The position numbers and the translations under genes were made by a program. The notes beneath the pieces are model-generated. The model saw only the letters and a program-made list of their open reading frames with translations, was not told where the DNA came from and ran no database searches. Below, one piece after another: positions 1 to 10,353 of a stretch of DNA of 64,000 nucleotides. Source of the stretch: a virus; the IMG/VR virus record IMGVR_UViG_3300003690_000002, positions 64,001-128,000 of that record; one strand, written 5' to 3'. How positions within the stretch are numbered: the stretch's first letter is position 1; every line of letters starts with the position of its first letter.

Positions 1-3000
1 ACCGGTTTCGTCGTTGGGGTCGTCTGGGTCTGGTGTAAAAGTTGTGAGAGTAACGCCCTCTATATCATAAAAACCAATCTCAATTTTATCTTCAAAATCT
101 TCTCTAAGGGCAAATCCATTTTGCTTTAAAAATACTTCAAGATTTGCTACCCACGAATTTAATCGCTCGGCTTCTTTTTTAAGATCTATGGCGGGAACAA
201 TCTCGTGGTGAGGTCCAGCGACGGCTGCTTGGTTTATATCTTCACTATACTTTTCAAGTATTTCAACAACAATAGCTATCTCTTTTCTAAAAGTCTTAGA
301 ATTAATAACAGTCGTTCTTGAAGCGTTTTTTTGCGCAACTTCCATAAGAAGGCTTGGGTCTTTCGGAGAAAGCGCATCGAAATATACTGCTGGCACTTTT
401 ACCACAGCTCTTACTATGGTCCTGGTTTTTAGTTTCACATCCGCCTGAGCGCCAGCGTCGGGGGTGGTAGTGGTGATTGTGGGCACCGCGTTATAATCAG
501 GGCGCTCATCATAAATGATATCATCTGCTGAGATTGGATCTACAATGCGATCTCCTGCATCAAGAAGCCACATAGCAGTTTGGGCATCTGATAAACTATC
601 AATTGCTAAAGAAACAACGCCGTCCATTGTCTTGACGCCCTCAATGCCCCCAGCAGCCGTTGCTGCCGTCAAGATGGGCTCGGGTAATGCAACCCTGCCA
701 GGTTGACCGGGAATACTGACGTCGGGGGGGAGTTTTTTAAAATGATACTGTAGAAGCTGGGTTAATCCAGATAATTGTATTTTTGCTAGTTCTCCTGAAC
801 CAACTAATTCTTGTAATTTTAAAGTCGCGCTTCTCCACTTTTTAAAAGCTGTGGCGGATTCAAAATCTGGATATGTTTTTGTGACAGCATTATCTAACTG
901 ACCTATCATGGCGCCCGCTATGCCCGCTCCAGGAAGACTCTCCAACTCTAACGTTAACGAGGGGGTGAGGTCAAAGCCGCCCGGTTCGTCGGTGGCGGGT
1001 GATACAAAACTTTCATCTGGAACTTGCCCCTGGCTCGCCAAGCTCTCCAGCCCTTTGTGCCCTGGTAGGGTCACTGGATACTCCTCCGAACTCTGGTGTG
1101 TACCATCTGGCCAATTTACTGTCATTGCTGCCGCATAAGATCCGCGACCCTTGGATATATCTAACTCTGCAAATACGCCTTTTGGCAGACCCTTCATCAT
1201 AAATCCAGATTCTTGAACCTCTTTTATTTTTACTTTCCAATCGATTGGCATATCGCCAGAGGTGATCATTCCATCATTATCTATTGCTTTTACTCTAGAC
1301 ATAGCAGCTTTGATTGCTTCATTATATGAAGCCTTAGCTTCGATTTCTGCTGCGATCTCTTCTGGGGTATTACTTAAATCTACTTCAACTGTGATACAAT
1401 ATCTATTAATTCTAGAATCATAAAAAGGTTGGCATGAATCTAAATTAATCCAATTTGGAGTTGTTGTTTTTTTCACAGTGGCAGTTGGCTTAGCAAGAGG
1501 AAGCCTGGGTTTGGATGATCGTCCTAATATAGCTTGTCCAAGCGGTTTTGTTTGGCTAACTTTAACATAAAGATTGGGCATCGCGATTGGATCATCGTCA
1601 TGAGATACTGTTACTCCAAATTTTTTTGTTGCAATAGATTTCATAAAAAGTTTATCATTATAAATTCTATGAAAATTAAGTTCTGGACCCACATAAAGAC
1701 TTCCAATAGATAAAGGCATCCCTGCTGGAATTGTTCCAATTTTATTGCCTTGCGTATCTACCGGGCTTGCATATATATCAACCCTCCCTGGTTCGAAAAA
1801 ATCGGGGATCGTTGTTTTAAAGTCTTTTTTAATTTTCTTCTTTTGTGTGTCAATGATACCCTTTTTGGTTTTGATTTTCGTTTTTAACGCTTTTATTTGG
1901 TTTGTCCATTGAACGTCTAAATTTGGACAATATGTACCCCCCCAACCTTTTAATTTGCTCTTTGCGCCTACTTGGACGTCGTCTGGACCCGCTCCAATGG
2001 AGCTTGCAAAAGTATCCTTTAATATCAACCCTGCTTCTTTAGCAGCTGCTGGGCTTTCAAAGCCCATTCCTGGCACCAGTGGGTGAGACAAGTGGATATT
2101 ATCTGGGAATCCTGCTGAAAGTATTTTTTGACTATCAACGTTTTGCCAAAAAGAATAAGCAAACATCTTTCCGTTTGGATACTTTTTTATAAAATTAATA
2201 TATTTTTTCTCGCCTTTTGTTAATAACTTCCACACCATAAGGGCTGTAACTGTTTTTCCGCCAGGGGTATCTGGTAGTGGCTGAAATCCGAGCGTTTTAT
2301 ATATAAGACTTATATATAAATTTATTCCATCCATCCGCACCTCGTTTTCAGTCGCGGCGTCCGCAGCGGTGGGCTCACCTTCTGAGCCTTCTTCGGGGTC
2401 GAGGGCATAGATTGCGGCGGACCCATCCCAAATTGTCTTGGGTGAGCGAATTAAATTAAGATGTGCAAAAACTTTGTCGTTATCGTACTCAATAATTTGA
2501 TAAACTTTCCCTTTTACCTTCGGATTGCCTTTCTGTGCTTTTGATATCCATTTACCTGTAGGTGAAAAGCTATCTAATTGATTTTTTAAAAGACTTACTG
2601 ATTCCAACTCGGCTATAAGTGTAAATAGCTCCTCGTAAGTATCATAAATTGTATCTAAATTGTTCGCTATTATTGCATTTACTACTGATGGAGCTGTCGC
2701 ATAATGTGTCGCCGTTTCTGGAAGTTCTATAATGCTTTTTATCTTCGTGCCAATATCTTCTTTATATAGGGTATAAACACCATGTACAACCGGGCTGTTA
2801 AAAGCGCCTTTTGCGCCATCAGCCCACATAAAATATTCTTTAAACGTTTCCAATGTTTTGTCACCAGCTGGTGTGGATCTTATATCCTCAAGCATGTGAT
2901 CGGCAGACGACGGCTGGTATTCCAAATCGATAGGCGTCTCAGGGGCGAGATCCGTCGCTATAGCCCAGTCGTTGGTGAGCGGCTGACCGGGCGTGGTGCC

Positions 3001-3159
3001 ATTTCTTGCTATCCAGCTGCTCTGTCCCTTGTTTTTCTTTCCTCCGGCGCCAATTGAATATACTATTTCATCTTTTACACCATTCAACCCCTTTGGACAA
3101 ACAACTACATATAGTATAGGCTTTTTATTCTCACGAATAAATTTATGTGACATTCCCAT
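1..3159 (-). CDS. large hypothetical protein, >1053 aa, 3' end runs off the window; probably virion/tail structural
   Basis: Manual translation from ATG 3159 (MGMSHKFIRENKKPILYVVV...) is stop-free to position 1. It is absent from the ORF track and lies directly downstream of spike-like genes. Confidence 0.8.
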   Translation of the reverse strand, partial: MGMSHKFIRENKKPILYVVVCPKGLNGVKDEIVYSIGAGGKKNKGQSSWIARNGTTPGQPLTNDWAIATDLAPETPIDLEYQPSSADHMLEDIRSTPAGDKTLETFKEYFMWADGAKGAFNSPVVHGVYTLYKEDIGTKIKSIIELPETATHYATAPSVVNAIIANNLDTIYDTYEELFTLIAELESVSLLKNQLDSFSPTGKWISKAQKGNPKVKGKVYQIIEYDNDKVFAHLNLIRSPKTIWDGSAAIYALDPEEGSEGEPTAADAATENEVRMDGINLYISLIYKTLGFQPLPDTPGGKTVTALMVWKLLTKGEKKYINFIKKYPNGKMFAYSFWQNVDSQKILSAGFPDNIHLSHPLVPGMGFESPAAAKEAGLILKDTFASSIGAGPDDVQVGAKSKLKGWGGTYCPNLDVQWTNQIKALKTKIKTKKGIIDTQKKKIKKDFKTTIPDFFEPGRVDIYASPVDTQGNKIGTIPAGMPLSIGSLYVGPELNFHRIYNDKLFMKSIATKKFGVTVSHDDDPIAMPNLYVKVSQTKPLGQAILGRSSKPRLPLAKPTATVKKTTTPNWINLDSCQPFYDSRINRYCITVEVDLSNTPEEIAAEIEAKASYNEAIKAAMSRVKAIDNDGMITSGDMPIDWKVKIKEVQESGFMMKGLPKGVFAELDISKGRGSYAAAMTVNWPDGTHQSSEEYPVTLPGHKGLESLASQGQVPDESFVSPATDEPGGFDLTPSLTLELESLPGAGIAGAMIGQLDNAVTKTYPDFESATAFKKWRSATLKLQELVGSGELAKIQLSGLTQLLQYHFKKLPPDVSIPGQPGRVALPEPILTAATAAGGIEGVKTMDGVVSLAIDSLSDAQTAMWLLDAGDRIVDPISADDIIYDERPDYNAVPTITTTTPDAGAQADVKLKTRTIVRAVVKVPAVYFDALSPKDPSLLMEVAQKNASRTTVINSKTFRKEIAIVVEILEKYSEDINQAAVAGPHHEIVPAIDLKKEAERLNSWVANLEVFLKQNGFALREDFEDKIEIGFYDIEGVTLTTFTPDPDDPNDETG

Positions 3160-3173
3160 TTTTTATATTCCTA

Positions 3174-4712
3174 TCAATTCGTATTGTTAAATCGGCTACA
3201 AATAAAATCTGCTCCGACTTGCTTTGTAAAATTGATTTTCCAAGCTATTAAATTTTTTCTATTTGTCGCAAGTGCAGTTTTTGTGCCCGATGCGGCTTTT
3301 ATTAATGCCAATGAGCCACCCTTCGCACAGTCCGTCGATGGAGTGGTGGGCTGAGCAAACCAAGGAGAAAAGTGCCAATGTGTTGCTACGGAGCTATTAA
3401 ACTTCATTTGATATAATACATGAGAGTCTAGTATTCCATTCAGTCCTTCTATATATTCAACTAATTTCTCAAATGCTCTGACGAGAGCTTCTCCTTTTAC
3501 TAATGGTTCTAGATCAGTATCATCATTTCCAGCGATTAAATCAATTCCAGCAACGCTTAACTTTCTTCCGCCTTGTGAATTTTTTGCATCTGTGCCAGTA
3601 ACAAGTTTTATTCCTTCGCGTGCAACTAATCTAATCCCATCGGCTTTTAAGCCAATTGCTGAACGAGGTATCGGATTACCCACACTACCAGCAACCAGCC
3701 CAAAATGTTCATCAATTTTAGTTTTTTGACTCATATAAATCCTTGCAGAGTCAATTTTAAAGTTTGGATCCGCATATATTTTTTCACCGCCTAAATTAAC
3801 AGATCTAGGTCTAGCCCCCATCATTCCAACACAAAGATCTATACATCCAGCCTGGGTGTGTCCTAGTCCGCCATAGCCGCTCATTCTACTGGCTGGTCTA
3901 TCTCTCCCCAAAATTATCCAGGCGTTGTGATCGTTTTTAATAACATTTTCTGATGGGGTATCGATACGATATGGAACTGGCTCGTTAAGCTTATCTCCAG
4001 CAATACCTTTATCTACGCCTTTTAATTCTTGCGGCGTATTTTCTTCCATTGCTAAAACAGATGCAGGTAAGCCATCTTTTAAAACAGCTTTTTTTGAGTT
4101 AAACGTTCTTGGATCGTAATTTGGTGGCATATCTATTGTTGGTATGTCGAAAGCTACAGGGTCTTCCCCTTTCATTGTCTGGCTTGCGCTTTTTAATTGC
4201 TTTTTAATTTCTTTTATAGAGTCAATAGCATCATCGTGAAATTGCGCTTTGTCAGGAAAAACGTCTTCTACTGCACTTCCAGGTACTATAACGTTCGGAT
4301 TAACTGTGGATTTAACTTTTGATAGTTCTTCTTCGGTTTTAGGAGTAATTGCTATAACTGCCGCTGCGGATGGTGTTTTTAGGGCAGCCTCCTTTTCTTC
4401 TAGTATTAATTTTTGATTCTTTATATCTTGTTCTAAAGCTTCCATCTCTTTTTTTACTGCTTCGTCTGGAACCAGGGTTCCGCCACTTCCAGGTGTGCCC
4501 AATAAAGCACCTTGAATTTTATAATTTGGATACATACTTTTATAGTTGGGTAAGATGACGGTTTCTGCTATTTTCTGAACAGAGGCTTTTTCACCAGTAA
4601 GACCCCATGCTTGTACTATAAGAGAAGTTGCTACTTCAACTACTCGTATGTCGGCGCGAGATATAGAACCAATATCAAAATTGCTAATTATTATAAGATA
4701 GTCTGCTGCCAT
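3174..4712 (-). CDS. putative baseplate spike/hub protein, gp5/VgrG C-terminal-like
   Basis: 512 aa. The C-terminal half has short beta-strand repeats (ARIYMSQKT, AIGLKADGIRLVAREGIKLVTG, GIDLIAG, EPLVKGEALV) like phage spike beta-helices, and it follows an OB-fold gene. Confidence 0.5.
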   Translation of the reverse strand: MAADYLIIISNFDIGSISRADIRVVEVATSLIVQAWGLTGEKASVQKIAETVILPNYKSMYPNYKIQGALLGTPGSGGTLVPDEAVKKEMEALEQDIKNQKLILEEKEAALKTPSAAAVIAITPKTEEELSKVKSTVNPNVIVPGSAVEDVFPDKAQFHDDAIDSIKEIKKQLKSASQTMKGEDPVAFDIPTIDMPPNYDPRTFNSKKAVLKDGLPASVLAMEENTPQELKGVDKGIAGDKLNEPVPYRIDTPSENVIKNDHNAWIILGRDRPASRMSGYGGLGHTQAGCIDLCVGMMGARPRSVNLGGEKIYADPNFKIDSARIYMSQKTKIDEHFGLVAGSVGNPIPRSAIGLKADGIRLVAREGIKLVTGTDAKNSQGGRKLSVAGIDLIAGNDDTDLEPLVKGEALVRAFEKLVEYIEGLNGILDSHVLYQMKFNSSVATHWHFSPWFAQPTTPSTDCAKGGSLALIKAASGTKTALATNRKNLIAWKINFTKQVGADFICSRFNNTN

Positions 4713-4738
4713 TTATATTCTTGTATCCTTTATGTTTT

Positions 4739-7705
4739 TTATAATTTTAATCCAGGTTGACGCCACCCGTCTGGTAGGGCTTTAATATACTCTTTAGTTA
4801 TTATTATTGGCTGCACTTCCATTGAGGCTAAATCTGGAAAGTGCTTTCCTTTATTAGTCCAACCCTGCACGTTTCCAGTATGATTACCATAAAGGTGACT
4901 GCGCAGTAGGAATCCACCCTTTACTTGACCTTTGCTTGAATATCGATCAACTTTGCGGGAAAAGTAATTCCATAGACCCATCCATTTATTGTAAAAAACC
5001 GCAGGTGTACAATATTTAGACATTTGACCATTTCTTTTCCCCTCTGCAGCTGTGATGCCGTTGATGCCCTGACAACCTGTTCCAGTCGCAGGCAGCTTTG
5101 ATCTTTTAGATCTACACCCGCCATGACATCTATATTTAACACCTTCTACCCCAGTCGATACTGCTGTCTGCCCGTAATTGGAATAAGCATTTCTCCAATC
5201 TGACCAACCCTTACTCCAACCAGGCGAGGCACTAGTACCAAGCGGATCGCCCCAGGGCTGACCTGCTTTAGCTCTCTTCATGAAGTTTGGACCTCCTGCT
5301 GGTCCTTGTTGGTGTAACATATACAGGTGTGCTCCATTTACCTCATACCCCATCGCCAATAATATTCTTTTACTACCCATCATCATCTTTACTGTCATCA
5401 TTGCCTGATTGTGTGGGTTTAGCCAATGCTCTAGATCTTTTACAGCGCGGACTTTATTCTGCGCCTTGGATCCTGGACCTCCTGATACCCACGATGGATA
5501 GCCATGTGCCCACAGTCCGGAATATCCATTTTTGCCCATACTGTTTATATAGCCTCCTGATTCAATCAAGCACTTCACTCGTAACATGCCTGCTACGTCG
5601 GGGGCGGACATGCCGAGGCCGGGGGCAGCCCAGACTGCCGCCTTTTCTATAGCGTCTTCAACGACTGGCACCAAAGCTCTAGAAGCTGCATTTGGATATG
5701 CCACGGCCGCTGCGCCTGCAATACCGCCGACACCGCCGCCAGTTGCGCTACCTGGTCCGCAGGCAAGCGAGCCCAATGCTGCAGCTAATATAGAGACAGG
5801 ATCTACTGGAGCAGGGGGGGCAGGGATTGGTGTTGTTTCGATTGTTGTTTCTGGTACCTTGGCTACACCTAGTGATTTTAACTGCTCCTCATATTGCTTT
5901 AACTGAGATTTCAACTTTAGAACTGTAGGCTCTCGCTCCTTAAGATAATGCTGAGCATCTTTGTATTGTTTGTCGGTGGGCGTAGCGGTGCCGCCCATCA
6001 ACTGGAGCGCTCCAGCGTGCACATCGCTGTCAGCTAAGGACTTGTCTGGGGTGGCTTGCGAGAGGAATTCCTTTCTTTTGAGCAGGTACATATTAGCTCT
6101 CCTAACAATGTCCCTTAATGGGTCATTCTCGGTTTTGTATCCGGCGATCTGCTCTTTGTGTTCTTTTACTTTAGCTTTTAGTGTTGCAGCTGTGGTATCG
6201 GCGGCGGGGCTAGCTATGCCTTCGGCGGGTTTCGTTACAATCTGATCTACTCCGGGTACTGCTTTCTCAGCAGAACCGGGCATAACTGTTTGACCAGCAC
6301 CCCTAGCTTGAAATATCGTTTCTAGTGTTCTTGTGTATGCCTCCGCAGCGGCTTTGCCACAATGTATCCCATCTCCAATTGGATGACCAGGTATCATACC
6401 AGGACCAACAAGAGAGTGCACTTGAGCTAAATTTAGAAGTACAACATATTTTTCATCTTTTAACTGTTCAAACATATTTTTTGTTACAATTTGCCGACTT
6501 TTAGCGTATGGAATATATTTCGGGTCGTCTCTATATTTATTTCCAGGCTTTATCCCGCTTCCGGCTGGGGGGGTGTATTTGCGGCAGCATGCCCACTTAT
6601 GGCTTAGAGAGGCGGGGCGGACGCCTGCCGGGACAACACCATTAAAAAGTATTGTTGCCTTTGGGGCTGCGGCTTTAACTGCTTGGCAAAGCTCTTTAAC
6701 TTTTTCTAACCCTTTGCCTTTTGAAAAAGACAGTGAGTCATTGCCTCCAAGATTTATCCATACCAATCTCGTAGTTGGATCTTTTAACTGAAGATGGATT
6801 TTACTCCACTGATGTCCGAGTTTGCTTTTAGTCCAATCACGATTTTTTGTGCTTGGGAGCCAGTGTCTGTGACCTGACCCGGCTTTGCCATGGCGGTAAG
6901 TTTTCCACCCTTTTGATTTAAACCATGCTTGTGTAGCCTTGCCGAGGTGTCCAGAGCACTGACTATCGCCAAATAATACAACTTTTTCATTTTTTGTTAC
7001 ATTTAAATTTGGCAATCCTGTGTGTCTTAAATTTTCTGGCACTTGTGACCATGTTGCTGTCGGTGTTGGTACTGTCTGCAATGAACCCTGCGTACATAAG
7101 CCAATCTGTGGGGAAGTCAGGGCTGCTCCAGCTGTTGCAACCTCGGCGATGGGTTTGATATATATTCCATCGCGAAATTCTGTTTTGTTTTTAAAATCGA
7201 CCCAAACCAAACTTCCAACTTTTGGTTCCTCTACTCTGTTACTTTGAGCAATAAAAGTTGGGTACATCTCAATTATTTGTTGATGATTTCCTTCGGCAGC
7301 CCTGATATCTCCATATTGCGAAGGATCCGGATACATAGCGTGTATTTCTGGTATTCGTACCCTTATTTTTACTAAATGTGTTTGTACGGCTTCTTCGGTT
7401 CGTTCTGGCATAAGACCTGCTAGGGCTCTAAAAAGTTTTGTTATTGGATCGAAACCTTGGCGTGTTGGCTTTCCTTTATTTGCTGTTCTTTCCCCTGCTC
7501 CAACATCAACTCTAAGTACTTGTCCAATATATGGACCAGTGCCTTCTAGCCCTTTTGGTCTAAAAGTTTCTCGCGCAGTTGCCGCAGTAATATCCCATAG
7601 GCTATGCCGTTTATTATCCATCAGTGGCTCTATTAGGGGTTTGTTTACATCATTAAGTACGCCAAAAGGAAAAATCTTTGCTGACTCATTTTTTGCTTTA
7701 CTCAC
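4739..7705 (-). CDS. gp5/VgrG-like OB-fold protein fused to an SGNH/GDSL hydrolase and a lysozyme/SLT-like domain
   Basis: OB-like segments GQVLRVD, KIRVRIP, PKVGSLVWVDF. SGNH blocks LFGDSQ, NLGGNDS, GDGIH. Lysozyme-like CLIESGG and LYMLHQQGPAGG. Confidence 0.7.
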   Translation of the reverse strand: MSKAKNESAKIFPFGVLNDVNKPLIEPLMDNKRHSLWDITAATARETFRPKGLEGTGPYIGQVLRVDVGAGERTANKGKPTRQGFDPITKLFRALAGLMPERTEEAVQTHLVKIRVRIPEIHAMYPDPSQYGDIRAAEGNHQQIIEMYPTFIAQSNRVEEPKVGSLVWVDFKNKTEFRDGIYIKPIAEVATAGAALTSPQIGLCTQGSLQTVPTPTATWSQVPENLRHTGLPNLNVTKNEKVVLFGDSQCSGHLGKATQAWFKSKGWKTYRHGKAGSGHRHWLPSTKNRDWTKSKLGHQWSKIHLQLKDPTTRLVWINLGGNDSLSFSKGKGLEKVKELCQAVKAAAPKATILFNGVVPAGVRPASLSHKWACCRKYTPPAGSGIKPGNKYRDDPKYIPYAKSRQIVTKNMFEQLKDEKYVVLLNLAQVHSLVGPGMIPGHPIGDGIHCGKAAAEAYTRTLETIFQARGAGQTVMPGSAEKAVPGVDQIVTKPAEGIASPAADTTAATLKAKVKEHKEQIAGYKTENDPLRDIVRRANMYLLKRKEFLSQATPDKSLADSDVHAGALQLMGGTATPTDKQYKDAQHYLKEREPTVLKLKSQLKQYEEQLKSLGVAKVPETTIETTPIPAPPAPVDPVSILAAALGSLACGPGSATGGGVGGIAGAAAVAYPNAASRALVPVVEDAIEKAAVWAAPGLGMSAPDVAGMLRVKCLIESGGYINSMGKNGYSGLWAHGYPSWVSGGPGSKAQNKVRAVKDLEHWLNPHNQAMMTVKMMMGSKRILLAMGYEVNGAHLYMLHQQGPAGGPNFMKRAKAGQPWGDPLGTSASPGWSKGWSDWRNAYSNYGQTAVSTGVEGVKYRCHGGCRSKRSKLPATGTGCQGINGITAAEGKRNGQMSKYCTPAVFYNKWMGLWNYFSRKVDRYSSKGQVKGGFLLRSHLYGNHTGNVQGWTNKGKHFPDLASMEVQPIIITKEYIKALPDGWRQPGLKL

Positions 7706-8017
7706 TTATCCAGACTCCTGAATTAAGTCGAATAGTTCGTTTTTGTCTTTTTCTGTGAGGTCTTCAGAAGAACTTGTTTTTTTATGCAATAATGAGGTTA
7801 TTTTAACTAATTGTTCATTGGATCTTTGTAGTGTTTCTACATATTTAGCGGCTATAGATCCGAGATCTTTGTGTGTTTCATGTGAAGTAGTGGAATTTTT
7901 AATTTGTACGATGACATCGGACAGGAGGTCTGCTGTCACAGTGCGATCATTTCTAATATTTAAAATTGCTTCTTCTAGATACGATTCAACATCTTCACTT
8001 CCTATACGTCGTCCCAT
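7706..8017 (-). CDS. hypothetical protein, helical
   Basis: 103-aa ORF abutting neighbours in the same-strand operon. Confidence 0.65.
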   Translation of the reverse strand: MGRRIGSEDVESYLEEAILNIRNDRTVTADLLSDVIVQIKNSTTSHETHKDLGSIAAKYVETLQRSNEQLVKITSLLHKKTSSSEDLTEKDKNELFDLIQESG

Positions 8018-8682
8018 TTCTTTTTAAAGCTCCTATATTTAATTCTAATCTTGTTAAGATTATTAACCACTTGTTTTGTGTTTAAACCAGTGATCTCTCT
8101 TATGTATAGGTAAATAGCTTTTTTATTAAAAATTTCGATATTCTCAGAGTTCTCAAAAAGTATTTTTACAGCCTCTAAAACCTTTTTTTCATTCTCTTTA
8201 AGTTTTTCCTGTTCCCAAATTTTTACTTCTTCCCACAAGAAACTCCAAAACTCTTTTTCGTCTCTTAGTTCGTAATAATTATTATGGACAACCATGTGCT
8301 CAAGTTCTAGATTTTTTTTAAGATCGCTATATTGAATCTCTCTTCTGTGCCTCATTGCATTCTTCTTAATTTTATGAATAAACCAATTTTTTGTTACAAC
8401 GCTAAAATAAGAAAATGCTTTAGAGCCTTTATTTGGATCATATTTATTCAATATCGTCGTAAGCCATGTTTTACACTCTTCTTTAAGAAGATCTATATTG
8501 GGGAGATTAGTAAATTTATAAGTATAAACAATTTTATCAACCAGTTCGCTGAAAGCCGGTCTTATATATGTAATATATAACTCCGTCCTCGTTTTTAAAT
8601 CGTCGGTTGCCATATATTGAATTATGGCATTTTCATGTACTTTTGTAAAATAGTGGTTACTTGTTCTCCTTCGCCTAATCAT
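8002..8682 (-). CDS. RNA polymerase sigma factor, sigma70 region-2 / T4 gp55-like late sigma
   Basis: LNKYDPNKGSKAFSYFSVVTKNWF parallels sigma region 2.3-2.4. Helical C-terminus. ATG at 8682. Confidence 0.7.
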   Translation of the reverse strand: MIRRRRTSNHYFTKVHENAIIQYMATDDLKTRTELYITYIRPAFSELVDKIVYTYKFTNLPNIDLLKEECKTWLTTILNKYDPNKGSKAFSYFSVVTKNWFIHKIKKNAMRHRREIQYSDLKKNLELEHMVVHNNYYELRDEKEFWSFLWEEVKIWEQEKLKENEKKVLEAVKILFENSENIEIFNKKAIYLYIREITGLNTKQVVNNLNKIRIKYRSFKKKWDDV

Positions 8683-8992
8683 CAATTATATCCTCTTCTT
8701 CCAGATCCATTTCTCTTTCAAGCTCTTCTTCTGAATCGACTATTGCATACATATTCCTGTGGGATTTAATTTCTTTGACAACGGCTCTTGAATGCTCTAG
8801 AAGTTTTTTTAATGTTTGATCACCATAAAATGTCTGCATGTTATAAATTTTATCTATATGTGATGAATATTCGTCCAACATTTCAAGTAATTCATCTATA
8901 TTGTCAGAAATATATAAAAGCCTTTTGAGTAGCTGTGCTATGCACCATATTAAAAATATATTAAATATTATCAAAATTGTTAAAATAATCAT
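8675..8992 (-). CDS. hypothetical membrane-anchored protein
   Basis: N-terminal hydrophobic helix IILTILIIFNIFLIWCIA followed by a coiled coil and acidic tail. Confidence 0.65.
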   Translation of the reverse strand: MIILTILIIFNIFLIWCIAQLLKRLLYISDNIDELLEMLDEYSSHIDKIYNMQTFYGDQTLKKLLEHSRAVVKEIKSHRNMYAIVDSEEELEREMDLEEEDIIDD

Positions 8993-9237
8993 TCTTCAAT
9001 CTTCCGTTTTTTAAAATTTTCTTTTTCTTTCTTGATTTCTTTTTTTGCATCTTCAATAAACGAATTGACAATCTTACCCGCTTTTTTCTGATTGTTAATA
9101 ATTGTAAAATTACTTAATAATCTCATTAAACTATTGGAAGATTTACAATCTGGACAATCTTTTAATTTTTCTTTTATGGAGTGTTTTATTTTAATCGAAG
9201 CATTACATAACTTACACTCATAACTATAGATTGGCAT
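8989..9237 (-). CDS. FmdB-family zinc-ribbon protein
   Basis: Start moved to MPIYSYECKLC...CPDC, the typical MPxYxYxC..C...CP.C pattern. Confidence 0.8.
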   Translation of the reverse strand: MPIYSYECKLCNASIKIKHSIKEKLKDCPDCKSSNSLMRLLSNFTIINNQKKAGKIVNSFIEDAKKEIKKEKENFKKRKIEE

Positions 9238-9499
9238 TTTTTTCTGACTGTCCTCCAATGCTCGTGTCTGCTGTTGGATTATCTGTAGATGTTGATAATT
9301 TTTCTTCAAAATCTTTATCAAATTTAACAATAGGAGGATTCATTATTACCAAACCTTCTTCAGAGAGTTTAAACTTGAATCCTTTCAAAGTTAGAACAAT
9401 ATCGCTCTGCTCCATCAAACTTTTTTGAAGCGCTAACATCAACGCGCCGACTGCTTGATCTGTCATATACATATCTTTTGTCATTTTAATCTCCTTCAT
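9224..9499 (-). CDS. hypothetical protein
   Basis: 91-aa ORF with ATGA overlap to the upstream stop; alternative start at 9484 has an AAGGAG SD. Confidence 0.65.
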   Translation of the reverse strand: MKEIKMTKDMYMTDQAVGALMLALQKSLMEQSDIVLTLKGFKFKLSEEGLVIMNPPIVKFDKDFEEKLSTSTDNPTADTSIGGQSEKNANL

Positions 9500-10353
9500 T
9501 TATTTGTCGTACTTATCGCACGACCTTTAAGTTTTTCCCAATCTTTTTCTGGGCGGACTTCTAAATTTTTATACCATATAGCCCTAAGCACAATTGGGTC
9601 AATATTTAAGCTTTCTGCAGTTTTAATTAATGCATTTAAATCTTTTGGGAAACAAGAACCGCCGAAACCAGCTTTTCCATCTGGACCTGGTACTGAAAAG
9701 TGGGTTTTACCTAGTCTTTTATCGTATAAACTATATTCTATAACTTTATCATAATCTATGTTAACTTTTTCACATATTTGTTTGATTTCATTAGAAAAGC
9801 TTACTTTCAGAGCAAGAAAACAATTTGTAAAGTATTTTACCATTTCTGCAGTATCAGATCCGGTTTTAATTAAAACAGTTTCTGGAAAGATCTTTCGATA
9901 CAAATTTTTAACTTTTGTTGAAGCCGGTCGGGGTCCGCCGATTACAATTCTTGTTTGGTTTTTAAAATCATTAATAAAGTTTGCTTCTGTTAAAAACTCT
10001 GGGTTAAATACAATTTGAATATTTTTGCATTCTCTATTCAAATTTTGTGTTGTTCCTGGTGGCACAGTCGACTTAATAATCACAACATGATTTGCTCTTT
10101 GTGTTTCGGATACTTTATCTATTTCATATACAGCTTCTTTAACAATAGACAAATCACAAGAACCATCTTCTCTCATAGGAGTCGGCAAGCAAATAAAAAC
10201 TATATTAACTTTCTTGCAAAGCTCTTCTAATGAATTGCATGTAGAGTGTTTAAACTTATCATAAGTTTCTACTTCTAATTTTTCTTTAAATCCCTCTTTG
10301 ATAGCAGTTCCAACAAAGCCTTGCCCAACAATCCCAATATTTTTAAAATTCAT
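9496..10353 (-). CDS. ugd: UDP-glucose/GDP-mannose 6-dehydrogenase family, short form lacking the C-terminal domain
   Basis: GQGFVG Rossmann motif, CLPTP, KSTVPPG, NPEFL, AEMVKY, GFGGSCFPKD. Confidence 0.9.
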   Translation of the reverse strand: MNFKNIGIVGQGFVGTAIKEGFKEKLEVETYDKFKHSTCNSLEELCKKVNIVFICLPTPMREDGSCDLSIVKEAVYEIDKVSETQRANHVVIIKSTVPPGTTQNLNRECKNIQIVFNPEFLTEANFINDFKNQTRIVIGGPRPASTKVKNLYRKIFPETVLIKTGSDTAEMVKYFTNCFLALKVSFSNEIKQICEKVNIDYDKVIEYSLYDKRLGKTHFSVPGPDGKAGFGGSCFPKDLNALIKTAESLNIDPIVLRAIWYKNLEVRPEKDWEKLKGRAISTTNK

